Origin: a virus
Lineage: Duplodnaviria; Caudoviricetes
IMG/VR virus record: IMGVR_UViG_3300033066_000778
Span: 64,001 to 128,000 of that record
Length of the DNA: 64,000 nt
Reading direction: 5' to 3' (one strand)
How positions within the stretch are numbered: position 1 is the first letter of the stretch; each line of letters opens with the position of its first letter. The notes beneath the pieces are model-generated. The model had not been told where the DNA came from. It saw only the letters and a program-made list of their open reading frames with translations, and did not search any database. A program made the position numbers and the translations under genes. Shown here one piece after another: positions 1-10,103 of this stretch.

Positions 1-492
1 CAATTCCACATCAACAAAAAGCTGCTGAGATCCGTAAAGGTATAGTTTTAATCTAAACGTTTCTGGATCAATGACGTAAGCCCAATCAGGATCAGATGCT
101 AGTTCACGCGAAACAGTCTTAATCCATCTACGGCGTAAGTCTAGATACTGTATATCCATATAAGTATCACCAACACCGTAATAGACAGGAACACCAGATA
201 GTAATTGGGATTCAACAGCTAAACCAGAATTCATTCCTGGTTGGATACCAGGGGAAATCATTATGTCTTTAACACCAGTAGCACCTTCGGGACAAATGTG
301 ATATGTCATACCGGCTAAAGGTGTAACAAAGTTTTCTTTCTTGGTAAAAGGTTTATACCGCGAGAAAACTTCAACTGTTCTCTTGATGGCTAGGTTAAGA
401 CCGGCTTCGCCTATTTCGATAGGAACACCAACACCCGCCTCGCCACCAAGAGCTACTGGTAGTTCCTGTTTAAGAACTGTAGCATTAAACAT
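1..492 (-). CDS. Neck/head-completion protein (T4 gp13-like), runs off left edge
   Basis: Hand translation from ATG at 492 (TAATG overlap): MFNATVLKQELPVALGGEAGVGVPIEIGEAGLNLAIKRTVEVFSRYKP..., resembles gp13 N-terminus; lies downstream of MCP. Confidence 0.65.
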   Translation of the reverse strand, partial: MFNATVLKQELPVALGGEAGVGVPIEIGEAGLNLAIKRTVEVFSRYKPFTKKENFVTPLAGMTYHICPEGATGVKDIMISPGIQPGMNSGLAVESQLLSGVPVYYGVGDTYMDIQYLDLRRRWIKTVSRELASDPDWAYVIDPETFRLKLYLYGSQQLFVDVEL

Positions 493-968
493 TAGTCAGC
501 AAATTTCTTTCTTAGCTTGCTTAAGAGTTCAGGACGTGTCTTGAAGTCAGTAATGTTGTACTTGACAGCGAATTCCTTAAGCTCTTCAAATGACATCTTT
601 CTCATCTCATTAAAAGAAGGAATAACGCTACGTCCACCAGCCATAGCTTCTTCAAGAATCTGTGCGATATCTTTCTTAGGTTCGTCTTTAATCTCTGGTA
701 AAATTGGTGTTGACCGAGATTCCTTTTCAGGAGCAGGATCTCTTGTTTCGGTTGGTGTACTAGCTGAATCTACAGATAAGAGTACTAAACCACGATCAAC
801 CGCTTTAGCTTCCTCTTCTGATAGTTTATCGAGATCCATACCTTTCTTCCAAGCAGAAAGGAAGTACTCCCCTTCCACCATGTAACCAGGAGCAACGAGC
901 TTTCCGATCCCAGATGGAGTTGGTACTTGTACTCTATAGTGTTTGTTATTTATAAAGATTGGCTGCAT
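492..968 (-). CDS. Virion-associated protein: shared N-terminal module plus C-terminal Rho-N/HEH-like helical domain
   Basis: N-term FINN..Y.V.VP...PG..V.G.YF shared with four other genes; C-term KMSFEELKEFAVKYNI..KTRPELLSKL. Confidence 0.55.
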   Translation of the reverse strand: MQPIFINNKHYRVQVPTPSGIGKLVAPGYMVEGEYFLSAWKKGMDLDKLSEEEAKAVDRGLVLLSVDSASTPTETRDPAPEKESRSTPILPEIKDEPKKDIAQILEEAMAGGRSVIPSFNEMRKMSFEELKEFAVKYNITDFKTRPELLSKLRKKFAD

Positions 969-983
969 TTGTAAATCCTTTAT

Positions 984-1184
984 TTATTTAGGTAAAATAC
1001 CTATACCCATTTTTTCTAGATTCTTCTCAACATCTGATTTTTCAGATGAAAGATCAATAGTTTTACGATTGTTTTTTAAGGCATTTGCCATTCCTCTTGT
1101 ACCGAGTTTTCCTTCTTTTTTGTCTTTTTGGATTTGCTTAATTACATTATGCATTGCAACTTGTAGTGCGAAATCTTCATTCAT
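984..1184 (-). CDS. Hypothetical protein
   Basis: ORF in operon downstream of MCP. Confidence 0.6.
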   Translation of the reverse strand: MNEDFALQVAMHNVIKQIQKDKKEGKLGTRGMANALKNNRKTIDLSSEKSDVEKNLEKMGIGILPK

Positions 1185-1257
1185 ACTAAGTCCTAAAAAG
1201 AGTAAAGGTGGTTGCTGTTATACAACCACCTTTACCAACCTCTAGCCTATGAGGCTA

Positions 1258-2670
1258 TTAGGCATTGTCAATGAGGCCCTTGGCGTAGAATAGACCGTTA
1301 ACCGCTTTTCTTCCGAAATGCGTCATAACAGCCTTTCTGAACATTAGGTCATCAAGCTGTACAGTAGGTGTTGAGTAGAATGGAATCCATGGTGCGTAGA
1401 CGTATCCGGCATCATAGAAGTTCTGACCCTTATAGCCAAGAAGGAAGTTAGCGGAACCGAAGTCACCAACAGTGGTTGAAGTTAGGAAGGGGTTCTTCCA
1501 AACCTTCCACTTACCAGCGAGAACGCCAGAGAAGACAACACCGGGGCCGTTGAGGTTTCCAGCGGATTCGAAGAGAGGATGGGACTCAATGATCGTAGCA
1601 GCGTCAACTCCACAAACGATCCAGTTAGCGAACCCTCTACGTGTCTCTTGGAATACCATGTTACTACCAGACTGTAGTGTCTTTACTAGAGCCATCTGGT
1701 GAGTAAACCATGGGATTGAAGGGCTAGAAGGAGCCGCGTCGAATACAACTGATCCAGCGGAAGCGATTCTCCATAGGTCATTGATAACAATGTTGTCGAT
1801 GGAGAAACGGATCTGTTGGGCAAGAGCTTCCGTAAGTTCCTGTTCCGCGTCGAGGCCATAGATCGAACGAAGCTGTGCAGCAACGTCGGCGGACCAGATG
1901 ATACGGAGGGCTTCCTTACGAGAAACGACTGGGCTATTGGTTAGCTGGGCGTCGATCTGTGGGATTGGGTTGTTAGCGAAGTTTGGTCCTTCACTGTTGT
2001 AATCATACGTAGCCTGAGCGGTAGCGACAGAACCACCACCGGAAACTGTCCACGTATAAGCACCAGTCATATAGTTGATATGGAGCGTAACAGTTTCACC
2101 AGCTACTGTGGTAGTTGGAGCACCGTTGCCATTGTCAACTAGAGTACCGGAATTGCCTAGCCCTGACGTGTAGGTAACAGTCATTGAACCAGGACGGATT
2201 GGAGCGTAAGAAGTGCTTGAACCACCACCAGAAAGCGTTTCAACGTCGATGGTTTCTGATGGGTAGTTGTAAGCATTCTCGTTCATACCACGGCGAGCCC
2301 CGGCAAGTACGTCACCCTTCTTGATCTTACCCTTGGTAGAACCAGCGGTAAAGTCAAAGTAGAAGATCATACTTACTGGGCCGTCCATAGCCTGAACAGA
2401 CACGAGGTCAAGAGAGGCAAGATTAGGCCATACGGTCCTGATCATTGGGAAGATGAACTTTTCGAACGTCGCAATGTTGGACGTACGGACATCTTCGTTT
2501 AACTGAGAAACGTGTTTATACTGCTCTTCAAGGATCATCGCAAGGTTACCCTTTTCCCAGGGATTCTTGATGTCCTCTACATAGCCCGCCCACTCTTCAA
2601 TGAGCTTTGCGCGCTTATCAGTAACTTGTTCGGAAATATCCTGTAGCTTCTTCATATTTTTAATCTCCAC
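1258..2670 (-). CDS. Major capsid protein, T4 gp23-like
   Basis: gp23 motifs PMIR..PNL...LVSVQAM.GP...IFY, GLDAEQEL, LLGYKG..YDAGYVYAPW.P. Confidence 0.95.
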   Translation of the reverse strand: MEIKNMKKLQDISEQVTDKRAKLIEEWAGYVEDIKNPWEKGNLAMILEEQYKHVSQLNEDVRTSNIATFEKFIFPMIRTVWPNLASLDLVSVQAMDGPVSMIFYFDFTAGSTKGKIKKGDVLAGARRGMNENAYNYPSETIDVETLSGGGSSTSYAPIRPGSMTVTYTSGLGNSGTLVDNGNGAPTTTVAGETVTLHINYMTGAYTWTVSGGGSVATAQATYDYNSEGPNFANNPIPQIDAQLTNSPVVSRKEALRIIWSADVAAQLRSIYGLDAEQELTEALAQQIRFSIDNIVINDLWRIASAGSVVFDAAPSSPSIPWFTHQMALVKTLQSGSNMVFQETRRGFANWIVCGVDAATIIESHPLFESAGNLNGPGVVFSGVLAGKWKVWKNPFLTSTTVGDFGSANFLLGYKGQNFYDAGYVYAPWIPFYSTPTVQLDDLMFRKAVMTHFGRKAVNGLFYAKGLIDNA

Positions 2671-2686
2671 TTTTTTCTATCTTAAA

Positions 2687-4354
2687 TTAAGACGCACGAG
2701 AATAACTGAGGCTCTTGGAGAGCTTCTTAGCTAGAGAAAGACCATAATCGGATACACTGTTGGATTCATTAAGTTTCGCTACAGAACCTTCGATGTTCTG
2801 AACTGACTCAGTGAGTTCCTTCTTTTCCTGCCTCATGCCCTTAACAGAAGCCATACCCATGATTGCTTCGTCAATAGCTTTCTTGGTAGGTGAACGCTGA
2901 ATTGCTTCAGCAATGACCTTACGTGCAGCATTGTTGTCCTTTAGACCAGCCTTATCAAGCTCTTGTAGAGCATAGACTTTGGCAGCTAGGAGACGATGAC
3001 GAGTCTGTAGTTCATCAAAGGTTTCTACAAGCTTGTCATAATTTGCACGAAGATCGGAGTCCTCAGAAAGAACGATTTTTCCGGTTTTTGCGCCTTCTTC
3101 AATCTTTTCTTGAAGCTTCTCAACAACGCGGGAATACGCTTGATTCTCAGTCGTTCTACGATCATGCTCAACAAGATAAGCGGCAGCAAATGCACGAGCT
3201 ACAGCATTGTTTTCAGTTTCCTGAAGCTGAACAAGTGTAAGTGCGATATTGGTTAGGGCTTGAACGCGGGTATCTTCGTCAACTTCTGATTCATCTTCAC
3301 GGCCTTCCATGAAGTTGTTTACAGAGTTATTGATGTCAGCAAGAACGCCAGCGTCGCCGGGGTTAATAGCCCAACCTTCACCTGGAGGTGGAGGAGGCTC
3401 CATAGGAACGGTACGAACGAAACCTTGATCGGCAGACCCCTGCGTATCTTCTTTTACGTCCTCGTCCTTTTCACCCTTCTTCTTTTTCTTCTTCTTTTTC
3501 TTATCCTCGTCGTCGTCCTCATCCTCGTCAGACTCATCGTCTTTCTTCTGGAATGGGAACTCTTCAACTAAGTCGAACTTAATTCCGTTGCGCTTAGTGT
3601 TGAGGTTGTGGATAAGAGATTCAGTAAGTCCGCGAAGTTCAGGGGCCTCAGAGCTTAGTTTGGTTAGTTCGATAACCAAGTCAGTAATCGTAGATTCAAC
3701 AAAGGGCTTCGTTGATTCATTTAGATCATTGCTCTTGAGGCAAAGAACAGTAGCAGCCTTCTGCTCAAGGTAATTTAACTTTTCCCTTGCACTCATGTAA
3801 TTCTCCTGTATTTCTTTAATTTCTTCATTTTCTGTAGATTCACTAATTACTTTGGGATAGGCACCTGGAGTTGAAGGAGCAGCTACAAAGTCAAAAGTTA
3901 AAAGCTTGAAGTCAGATTCCTGTACGATGAAAGTTCCGTCTGGTCCTTTAGTCAAAGAACCCTTAGCGCGTGAAGAAATACCAACTGGTACTCCCGCTTC
4001 TAAGAGTTCTTTAATCAACTTACCATCTTCTGTTTCTAGGATTTCTGCTTTACCAATTACTGTTCCATCTTGCATCATCTCAAGGAATGTGATAATGTGA
4101 GAGGCACCTTTTAACCTTGGCGTAGAATCTGCTGGGTGATCGACGTTACCCAACATTCTTTTTGTTTCTAGGCATTCAAGAATGTTTCGATCCTTTAGGA
4201 CGTTCTCCCAAAGTTTCCGTGGATAAATACGACCGTTTGCGTTTTTTACGTCTGCTTTTTGAAATACTCCTTCAACGACAAGTCTCCCGTTCCCCGATGA
4301 GTTCTCAAGAATCTTCGGAGTGAAAGAAATTGTGTCAACTAGTAATTCAGCCAT
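2687..4354 (-). CDS. Prohead protease (T4 gp21-like) fused to scaffold-like C-terminal region
   Basis: EGVFQKA..KNANGRIYP, G..DHP, SH.I, VGISSRAKGS, TFDFVAAPSTPGAY; long helical/acidic tail. Confidence 0.92.
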   Translation of the reverse strand: MAELLVDTISFTPKILENSSGNGRLVVEGVFQKADVKNANGRIYPRKLWENVLKDRNILECLETKRMLGNVDHPADSTPRLKGASHIITFLEMMQDGTVIGKAEILETEDGKLIKELLEAGVPVGISSRAKGSLTKGPDGTFIVQESDFKLLTFDFVAAPSTPGAYPKVISESTENEEIKEIQENYMSAREKLNYLEQKAATVLCLKSNDLNESTKPFVESTITDLVIELTKLSSEAPELRGLTESLIHNLNTKRNGIKFDLVEEFPFQKKDDESDEDEDDDEDKKKKKKKKKGEKDEDVKEDTQGSADQGFVRTVPMEPPPPPGEGWAINPGDAGVLADINNSVNNFMEGREDESEVDEDTRVQALTNIALTLVQLQETENNAVARAFAAAYLVEHDRRTTENQAYSRVVEKLQEKIEEGAKTGKIVLSEDSDLRANYDKLVETFDELQTRHRLLAAKVYALQELDKAGLKDNNAARKVIAEAIQRSPTKKAIDEAIMGMASVKGMRQEKKELTESVQNIEGSVAKLNESNSVSDYGLSLAKKLSKSLSYSRAS

Positions 4355-4360
4355 AGTACC

Positions 4361-4771
4361 TTATCTATCTATGTAAACCGTTCTTACTGGTGGTCCACCA
4401 GAAGCCGGTAATGGTGGTAAACTTGGAGTGTTATCATTGAATGGTTCAAACTCACCTGTAGCCTGATTGATCAGTACCTTTGGGAAGTTCCAGGCCATTT
4501 TAATAATTACATCCACTACTTCAGGACTAAATCTAGGACCAAATTGTGAAAGGATTATCTTAGTTTGAAACCGATCAAATCTGGCCGAGATCTTATAGTC
4601 GGAGGTAAAGAAGTCATACTTCTCGTCCTCCTCCCCTTCCATCTCATCGAAGTCATAAGCCCGTTTGAAGATGATACACTTGGACTTATTACCTTGAAGC
4701 ATCCTAACGCCGGGTTTTTCAATGTCGCTAGTTAGCTTTTCGATGAAAGCAAGGAGCCGTTCTTTAATCAT
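4361..4771 (-). CDS. Hypothetical protein
   Basis: Coupled ORF in head operon. Confidence 0.7.
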   Translation of the reverse strand: MIKERLLAFIEKLTSDIEKPGVRMLQGNKSKCIIFKRAYDFDEMEGEEDEKYDFFTSDYKISARFDRFQTKIILSQFGPRFSPEVVDVIIKMAWNFPKVLINQATGEFEPFNDNTPSLPPLPASGGPPVRTVYIDR

Positions 4772-5130
4772 TAGTCTTGTTTACCACAAATTGCGGATAG
4801 AGCGGTCATACGCTTGTTTACTTCGTTTAGAAGCTGAACAAGACCAGCAGAGGCAAGTACATCAGACTTGTCTAAAAGCTGTTCATAAGCTGACTTATTC
4901 GCTGTCTTTAGACGTTCAGGGTATGGATACGTACCCGTTGTAAACGCTACGCCTGGGGCCTTACCATTTACAGTAGCAGTAGACATGTTGTGCGTAAGGT
5001 TATAGAGAACACTCTGCATGAGTCCAGCAGCTTGGTCAAGAGAATCTAACTGGCGATCAATAGGATCAGTTGGATCATAAAGATCGTAACGAGCAGGATT
5101 CTGGGGAATTGTAACATTAAAAGCTGGCAT
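4771..5130 (-). CDS. Hypothetical protein, first gene of head operon
   Basis: GAGG RBS; TAATG coupling to next gene. Confidence 0.7.
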   Translation of the reverse strand: MPAFNVTIPQNPARYDLYDPTDPIDRQLDSLDQAAGLMQSVLYNLTHNMSTATVNGKAPGVAFTTGTYPYPERLKTANKSAYEQLLDKSDVLASAGLVQLLNEVNKRMTALSAICGKQD

Positions 5131-5171
5131 ATTAAAAACCTCTTTCTTAGTATGTGATTAGTGAATAACCC

Positions 5172-5201
5172 TAAATATATAGGACGAAAAGTAGACGAAA
5201 A
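5172..5201 (-). promoter_or_regulatory. Candidate late promoter: TTTTCGTC x2 then TATATATTTA
   Basis: Intergenic gap before head operon; same 10-mer at 50031-50040. Confidence 0.35.
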
Positions 5202-5226
5202 TTATGGATTTATTGAAAATACAACA

Positions 5227-5802
5227 TTACTCTGCATTACGAGAAAGTTCTGAAATTTCAACCTCACCGTATTGAGGTAGTTTCCTCGTAATCTGAAAAT
5301 GTACTTCGGGAATAGAAACCGTAACTTGTGTATCTCCAGGTAGTAAGGCACTGAAAAACCCGTGTTGATTCGTTACTATAACCAGATCATTTTTTGAGAG
5401 TAATAGGTTCTTTTCATATTGAGGAATTGGACTCAGGCGAATGAACACCTTTGCGTTTTGAACAGGAGCTAAATCAAGATACTTTATATACCCGTAGAGT
5501 AAAACTTTGTCTTTAATGTTCTCATTGAGAAAACGCGTACTACCATACATTGTTAGATTAAGTGGCGTCGTACCAACAGTAATGACTTGAGGTTGGTTGA
5601 ACGTTACTTTTTCTTTATAAGCAAACACCTTATACGTAGCATTCTGTGGTAAAGAAGTTGTAGCAATACCCTCAATGTTTGAAATTAGATTAGGTACGAT
5701 TGACGCAGTTAGTACGTTTGTCCATATTGACAACGTAGTATCTGCAATAGGCTCTTCGTTCAAGCTATTTTTAACAGTAATTGTAACAGGTATTAAAGAC
5801 AT
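5227..5802 (-). CDS. Beta-sandwich (carboxypeptidase-regulatory/Cna-like) protein
   Basis: Two repeats of PI..T.L / PVQNAKV..TNQHGFFS pattern. Confidence 0.6.
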   Translation of the reverse strand: MSLIPVTITVKNSLNEEPIADTTLSIWTNVLTASIVPNLISNIEGIATTSLPQNATYKVFAYKEKVTFNQPQVITVGTTPLNLTMYGSTRFLNENIKDKVLLYGYIKYLDLAPVQNAKVFIRLSPIPQYEKNLLLSKNDLVIVTNQHGFFSALLPGDTQVTVSIPEVHFQITRKLPQYGEVEISELSRNAE

Positions 5803-6134
5803 TAGTTTCTCTTTAAGTTAGCAATGCAGGGCGAAGCCCATTGAAGGAAACAGTCCTCACCGTTAAAGACGTAAACGTCTTTCTGGACCATAACACCATT
5901 TTCTTTAATCTCAATAGTAATACGCCATTCCCTTGCTACGTATGACGGTGTTGTAGAAGGAAATGGCGTTGGTGTTACATACGGAGGATTAGTTGGGACT
6001 GGTGTTTGGTAAATTGGAATAGTTGCTGTAGGTCTTGGGGTTGGCCTAACCGTAGGAACGGGTGTGGGAGCCCTATAGTACTGCCCGTATAAAGGCATCG
6101 TCGCAAGACCTAACAGCAAGACTAATCTCTTCAT
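5802..6134 (-). CDS. Exported Pro/Thr-rich protein
   Basis: Signal peptide MKRLVLLLGLATMPLYG, PT repeats; start refined to 6134. Confidence 0.6.
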   Translation of the reverse strand: MKRLVLLLGLATMPLYGQYYRAPTPVPTVRPTPRPTATIPIYQTPVPTNPPYVTPTPFPSTTPSYVAREWRITIEIKENGVMVQKDVYVFNGEDCFLQWASPCIANLKRN

Positions 6135-6141
6135 TGTAGGT

Positions 6142-6780
6142 TTAGTTACCCCCACCTTGTCCTGGTCCGCCACCTTGATGGGTATTGAAGTAGTCACGAG
6201 CAAGGACTTTATCCAAACTCATATCCTGTAGTTTGTCAGGACGATTAGTGTCAGTACCAAAGTTTGACCAAGGATTCGTTGGGTCGAAGTGTTCTACATA
6301 GGTAAGGAACGCAACAAGGTCTGGTTCAATGTTATACTTGGCATAAATGGAATTCTGCCAATCTTCCTCGGACATCTTTAGAATGAAGTTTACGTTATTC
6401 CAAACTTTCTGTAGATCCGTAAGATTCCAAGCCGTTGGTGTAGCAGGATCCGATGGAGCGAAACCCCATCTTGCTAGTTTAACAATGAAGGACTTTTGAT
6501 CAGCTGACGTTACTCCAACTGAGATTGGATTAGCTACAGTGATGATTCCATCCTTATTCCAAGGGAATGGACCCCATGAAGCATCCCACTCGTCAATAAG
6601 AGGAGTCTTCCAAACTTTTCTGAATACATCGAGCCAACTGTTTGGTGGTGTATTCGGTGGCTGTGGGGGTGCAGTTGGTCCATTGACTTTATCAGAGAGG
6701 GCTTTTACCTCTGCTTTTAAAGCGTCAAGGGAATCTGCTAGTTTCTGTAGAATGTCGAAAAGTTGTGAATCGGTAGGCAT
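6142..6780 (-). CDS. Hypothetical protein (coiled coil, Pro linker, Trp-rich domain)
   Basis: AGGAG RBS, 212 aa. Confidence 0.75.
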   Translation of the reverse strand: MPTDSQLFDILQKLADSLDALKAEVKALSDKVNGPTAPPQPPNTPPNSWLDVFRKVWKTPLIDEWDASWGPFPWNKDGIITVANPISVGVTSADQKSFIVKLARWGFAPSDPATPTAWNLTDLQKVWNNVNFILKMSEEDWQNSIYAKYNIEPDLVAFLTYVEHFDPTNPWSNFGTDTNRPDKLQDMSLDKVLARDYFNTHQGGGPGQGGGN

Positions 6781-6794
6781 TGTTTACTCCTTTA

Positions 6795-7306
6795 TTAGGC
6801 CCATGTTGCAAGGGTTGTTTTAACCCAAGTATCTGTTGCAGTACATACGTAAATTGCATCAGCTGTAATACGAATTTCACCTAAAGTCCCGGCTGCTGAT
6901 GCTGATGCTGGCGCGGTATCGAGACTAGAAAAACTTAATCTGCCAACACCATCACACGTATCTATTACGACTCGCCCTGGATTGCCGCCGTTGATACCGG
7001 AAGCGCCACGTATACTAACGTTTCCGCCATTCTCAGCTGTATGTGTATCAATTCCATCGACGGCTGGAGCGGCCTGTATTGTTACGTACCTGTGCCAGAA
7101 ACAGTATCTGGATCGGGTGGAATTTCATAGTTATAGACTACAGTAACATTTAAATCGTCGGCTAAACGAGTTAAGTTTATTTTGTCATATAGTCCTAAGT
7201 AGTAGTTACCACTGATAATCCCTTGTCTTGGGACTTTTACTTCCTTTTGGTAACCGGGAACTATAATTTCGTAGTCGTTGTCGTTTCTAAAAAAAGCTAT
7301 TGCCAT
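6795..7306 (-). pseudogene. Frameshifted decoration/fibre gene (shift near 7085)
   Basis: 74-aa ORF continues in the -1 frame as VTIQAAP...PASASAAGTLGEIRITADAIYVCTATDTWVKTTLATWA* with no start of its own. Confidence 0.7.
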
Positions 7307-7314
7307 AATTACCC

Positions 7315-7689
7315 TTAGAAGTATTGAGGTCTTACAGTCACATCCACAACGTCGAGAATCGTTTCCCCTTGGTCAGAACTAGTACAAGTAAGTGTAGCTG
7401 TTCCTTCAGCATTGCTTTCTACGTCGATTGTCGTATAAGAAGCAGAAATAACAGAAGCTACAGCGGTATTAGACGAAGTCCAATTTACTGTTCCACTAGG
7501 AGTAGGAGAAAGTACAACAGGTAGCGTAAATGTGAATGGAGTATTTAACGTACCACCAGTAAAGGATTCATTCGTTAGTTTAAAAAGAACTCCTGGGTTT
7601 GATCCTGATGTCGGCCTATTGATAACAACACGGGCGTCAGTTTCATAAACAGGGTTACTCACATCGTAATTTACGCTAATGGTTGTCAT
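7315..7689 (-). CDS. Ig-like (Big_2-type) domain protein
   Basis: VNWTSSNTAVASV...GTATLTCTS. Confidence 0.75.
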   Translation of the reverse strand: MTTISVNYDVSNPVYETDARVVINRPTSGSNPGVLFKLTNESFTGGTLNTPFTFTLPVVLSPTPSGTVNWTSSNTAVASVISASYTTIDVESNAEGTATLTCTSSDQGETILDVVDVTVRPQYF

Positions 7690-7697
7690 ACTTCCTC

Positions 7698-8285
7698 CTA
7701 GAAGATTTTTCCTAAAACAAAACCGTATGTAGTTCTGTCATAACTTTTATCGTGGTTATTGCTGTCTAAGAAGTGGTACACATTACCATTTAGTTTAATA
7801 TAAGCTCCAAATGGCTGATATGTCAAGCGAAGCTCATATTCCTGACCGTTTAGTTCGTTTATCTTATCTGTACCAGAGAAAATCTGTCGTGCAGTAGCCA
7901 AAACAGACACTTGTTGACTAATTGGTTGATCTATTCCAAGTACTACACAAGGGCGGAAAGAACTTTTACTCCATAAAGGTGCTTTTGTATAAGAGTAACC
8001 TACACAACCTCCACCAATAATTGGAGTTTCAGGAACGGAGTAAAAAGCGTTTAAGTGCGACGTTCCACTCCACCCAAATTCTTCATTAGTTTTTCTGTTA
8101 GGGGACCAATCACCATCAAAAGAAAAAGTAAACTGGTTTAATTTATACTTTACTTCTGCACCTAACGTGTAAGTAGGTGACGTGTAACCCAATCCAGATA
8201 AATTAGCCATACCAATAAACACAGAGTTATTCCACTGCGCATTTAGAGGTAAAGCAAGTAATAAGAGTAAAAGAAGTTTTTTCAT
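7698..8285 (-). CDS. Outer-membrane beta-barrel protein
   Basis: Signal peptide MKKLLLLLLLALPLNA, amphipathic strands, C-terminal YGFVLGKIF. Confidence 0.7.
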   Translation of the reverse strand: MKKLLLLLLLALPLNAQWNNSVFIGMANLSGLGYTSPTYTLGAEVKYKLNQFTFSFDGDWSPNRKTNEEFGWSGTSHLNAFYSVPETPIIGGGCVGYSYTKAPLWSKSSFRPCVVLGIDQPISQQVSVLATARQIFSGTDKINELNGQEYELRLTYQPFGAYIKLNGNVYHFLDSNNHDKSYDRTTYGFVLGKIF

Positions 8286-8318
8286 AATAGCGTTTTTGAC
8301 TCTCAGTTCTTGGCATAG

Positions 8319-10100
8319 CTAAAATGTCCACTCACCTGTGATTTGTCCAAACCACTCTGTTGCATTTATAGCAGTTAACTTGATAATGGACCCTACGAAG
8401 TTTGATGTAATACTTCCCCCAGGTGCAGTCACTGAAGCCGCTACACGAATCGTGTCACCTGTAGCTGCTGTAACAGTTACTGTTTGAGCAGCTTGTACTG
8501 CAATTGTGTATTCAAGACCAGCTACTGCTGAAGGAAGTGTAATAGTACTTCCATCCGCATCACCTTCATTGGTATAAACCGTCCTTGAATCCGTTGCTGC
8601 TGGTGTTGCTGTTCCTGTATTTGGGGTTACTTTGACTTGAGCGAAAGTAGGTCCATTTAAGTAAATTCCGCATGTACTCTCTAAGGAAATTCCGCCTCCA
8701 CCATTACCACTCTCTAAGGAAATTCCGCCTCCACCATTACCAATCTTGATTCTTTCCCGTGTCAGGGAACTGTGGGCAGATAACGTTAGATACCCCGTCC
8801 CCAAAGTATAAATACTAGGAGTAGTACTTTCCTGAGAAACAATTAGTGATCCATACCCCGTTGAACCATCAGTGACTTTTACAACACCAGCTGAGGAACG
8901 GGCTAGACCAACGTCTTGAGAATTTCCAAAGATGATTCCATCATTGGGGATATCGACAGTAATGGCAACATGGCTGCCAGTATCAGCAAAGTAAGCGTAC
9001 TGTGGAGATGAGATTATGGGTATAACGGTTGGCCCACTGACGTATATGTTGTAACCGTAGTGATTATCACCACAACCAAAACCAAGTGTTCCAATAGTAC
9101 CTTGTTTAATGGCTGCAACTTCAACCCCTTCACATAGGAAGGATACGTGTTTAGTGCTGTTTGGTACATTGACATCAACCTGTCCAGTACCAGCAACTTT
9201 GAACACCGTAGCAGTAGTACTGTCTATGATCTCAAATGGACTAGCAGTCTGAGCCGCTGTCATTCCAAGACGTAGGTTTGGTTTCGTTGTGTACCCAACG
9301 GCAGGAATTTCCATTACAGGAGTAGTGTTGGCTTCTGTACTGAATGTTATGAAGTTAGCGGAGTTTGTTCCAAATGCTGCAGTTGTCGATGTGAAAATGT
9401 GGGGAATACCGTTAAAGAACCCATAACCGTTATAGACAGTAGTGGAAGCAAACGCGGTTCCTGCAAACATTCCAGGGCCTAGACTGTTGTAACCTAAGTT
9501 TAGGTATTCATCTCCAGCGTATTTGAGACTAAGCCACTTTGAAGATAATGCGGGATTCAGTGTTATGGTATCTGTTCCGCCTAATGTAGTTCCATTTATC
9601 CAATAAGCCATTTGATTTGCAGTGCCAGATCCAAGAATCCCTGATGCCGCTGCTAGTGTTTTCCAGTGAGCATTATCTGTTGCAGGGGATTCAGCTAGGA
9701 TATAAGTAAACCCATTATCCGTTTGAATGGCAACGTCGCCAACCTGAACATTTAGACCTAGACGCTCTGCTTGAGTTGTTACAACGTATGTATCTGAAAT
9801 TGCTAATTGAGGTAATTGATCTAAATCAAGTTTACCTGTAGCGTCTAATGTAGCTAAACCTTCTGGTACTGCTGGGTACATGTCAGCACCAGTTACAGTT
9901 TCAACGTAATCGTAAACTAAATCTGTAATAGGGTCTACAACAATATCGTTACCAACAGATGTCAGTCCATATTTTTCATACTCAGGTAAATAAAAGTTAC
10001 CACTAACATACTTTCCTGGTTTAACGATAATACCCGGAATTTTATATCCAGGTACAGAAAGTGTGTATAGATTATCGTTTCTAAAGAATGCTTTTGCCAT
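8319..10100 (-). CDS. Head/tail fibre-like protein
   Basis: Shared N-module, GLATLDATGKL and GDVAIQTD fibre motifs, shared C-terminal beta domain. Confidence 0.75.
   Translation of the reverse strand: MAKAFFRNDNLYTLSVPGYKIPGIIVKPGKYVSGNFYLPEYEKYGLTSVGNDIVVDPITDLVYDYVETVTGADMYPAVPEGLATLDATGKLDLDQLPQLAISDTYVVTTQAERLGLNVQVGDVAIQTDNGFTYILAESPATDNAHWKTLAAASGILGSGTANQMAYWINGTTLGGTDTITLNPALSSKWLSLKYAGDEYLNLGYNSLGPGMFAGTAFASTTVYNGYGFFNGIPHIFTSTTAAFGTNSANFITFSTEANTTPVMEIPAVGYTTKPNLRLGMTAAQTASPFEIIDSTTATVFKVAGTGQVDVNVPNSTKHVSFLCEGVEVAAIKQGTIGTLGFGCGDNHYGYNIYVSGPTVIPIISSPQYAYFADTGSHVAITVDIPNDGIIFGNSQDVGLARSSAGVVKVTDGSTGYGSLIVSQESTTPSIYTLGTGYLTLSAHSSLTRERIKIGNGGGGISLESGNGGGGISLESTCGIYLNGPTFAQVKVTPNTGTATPAATDSRTVYTNEGDADGSTITLPSAVAGLEYTIAVQAAQTVTVTAATGDTIRVAASVTAPGGSITSNFVGSIIKLTAINATEWFGQITGEWTF
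8676..8741. repeat. Perfect 33-bp in-frame tandem duplication (GNGGGGISLES x2)
   Basis: actctctaaggaaattccgcctccaccattacc at 8676-8708 and 8709-8741. Confidence 0.95.
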
Positions 10101-10103
10101 CTG

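Noticed and set aside
7698-7700. Stop-codon reassignment
   Set aside because: TAG and TGA end genes cleanly before the next RBS or start; no suppressor tRNA; long genes are intact in code 11.
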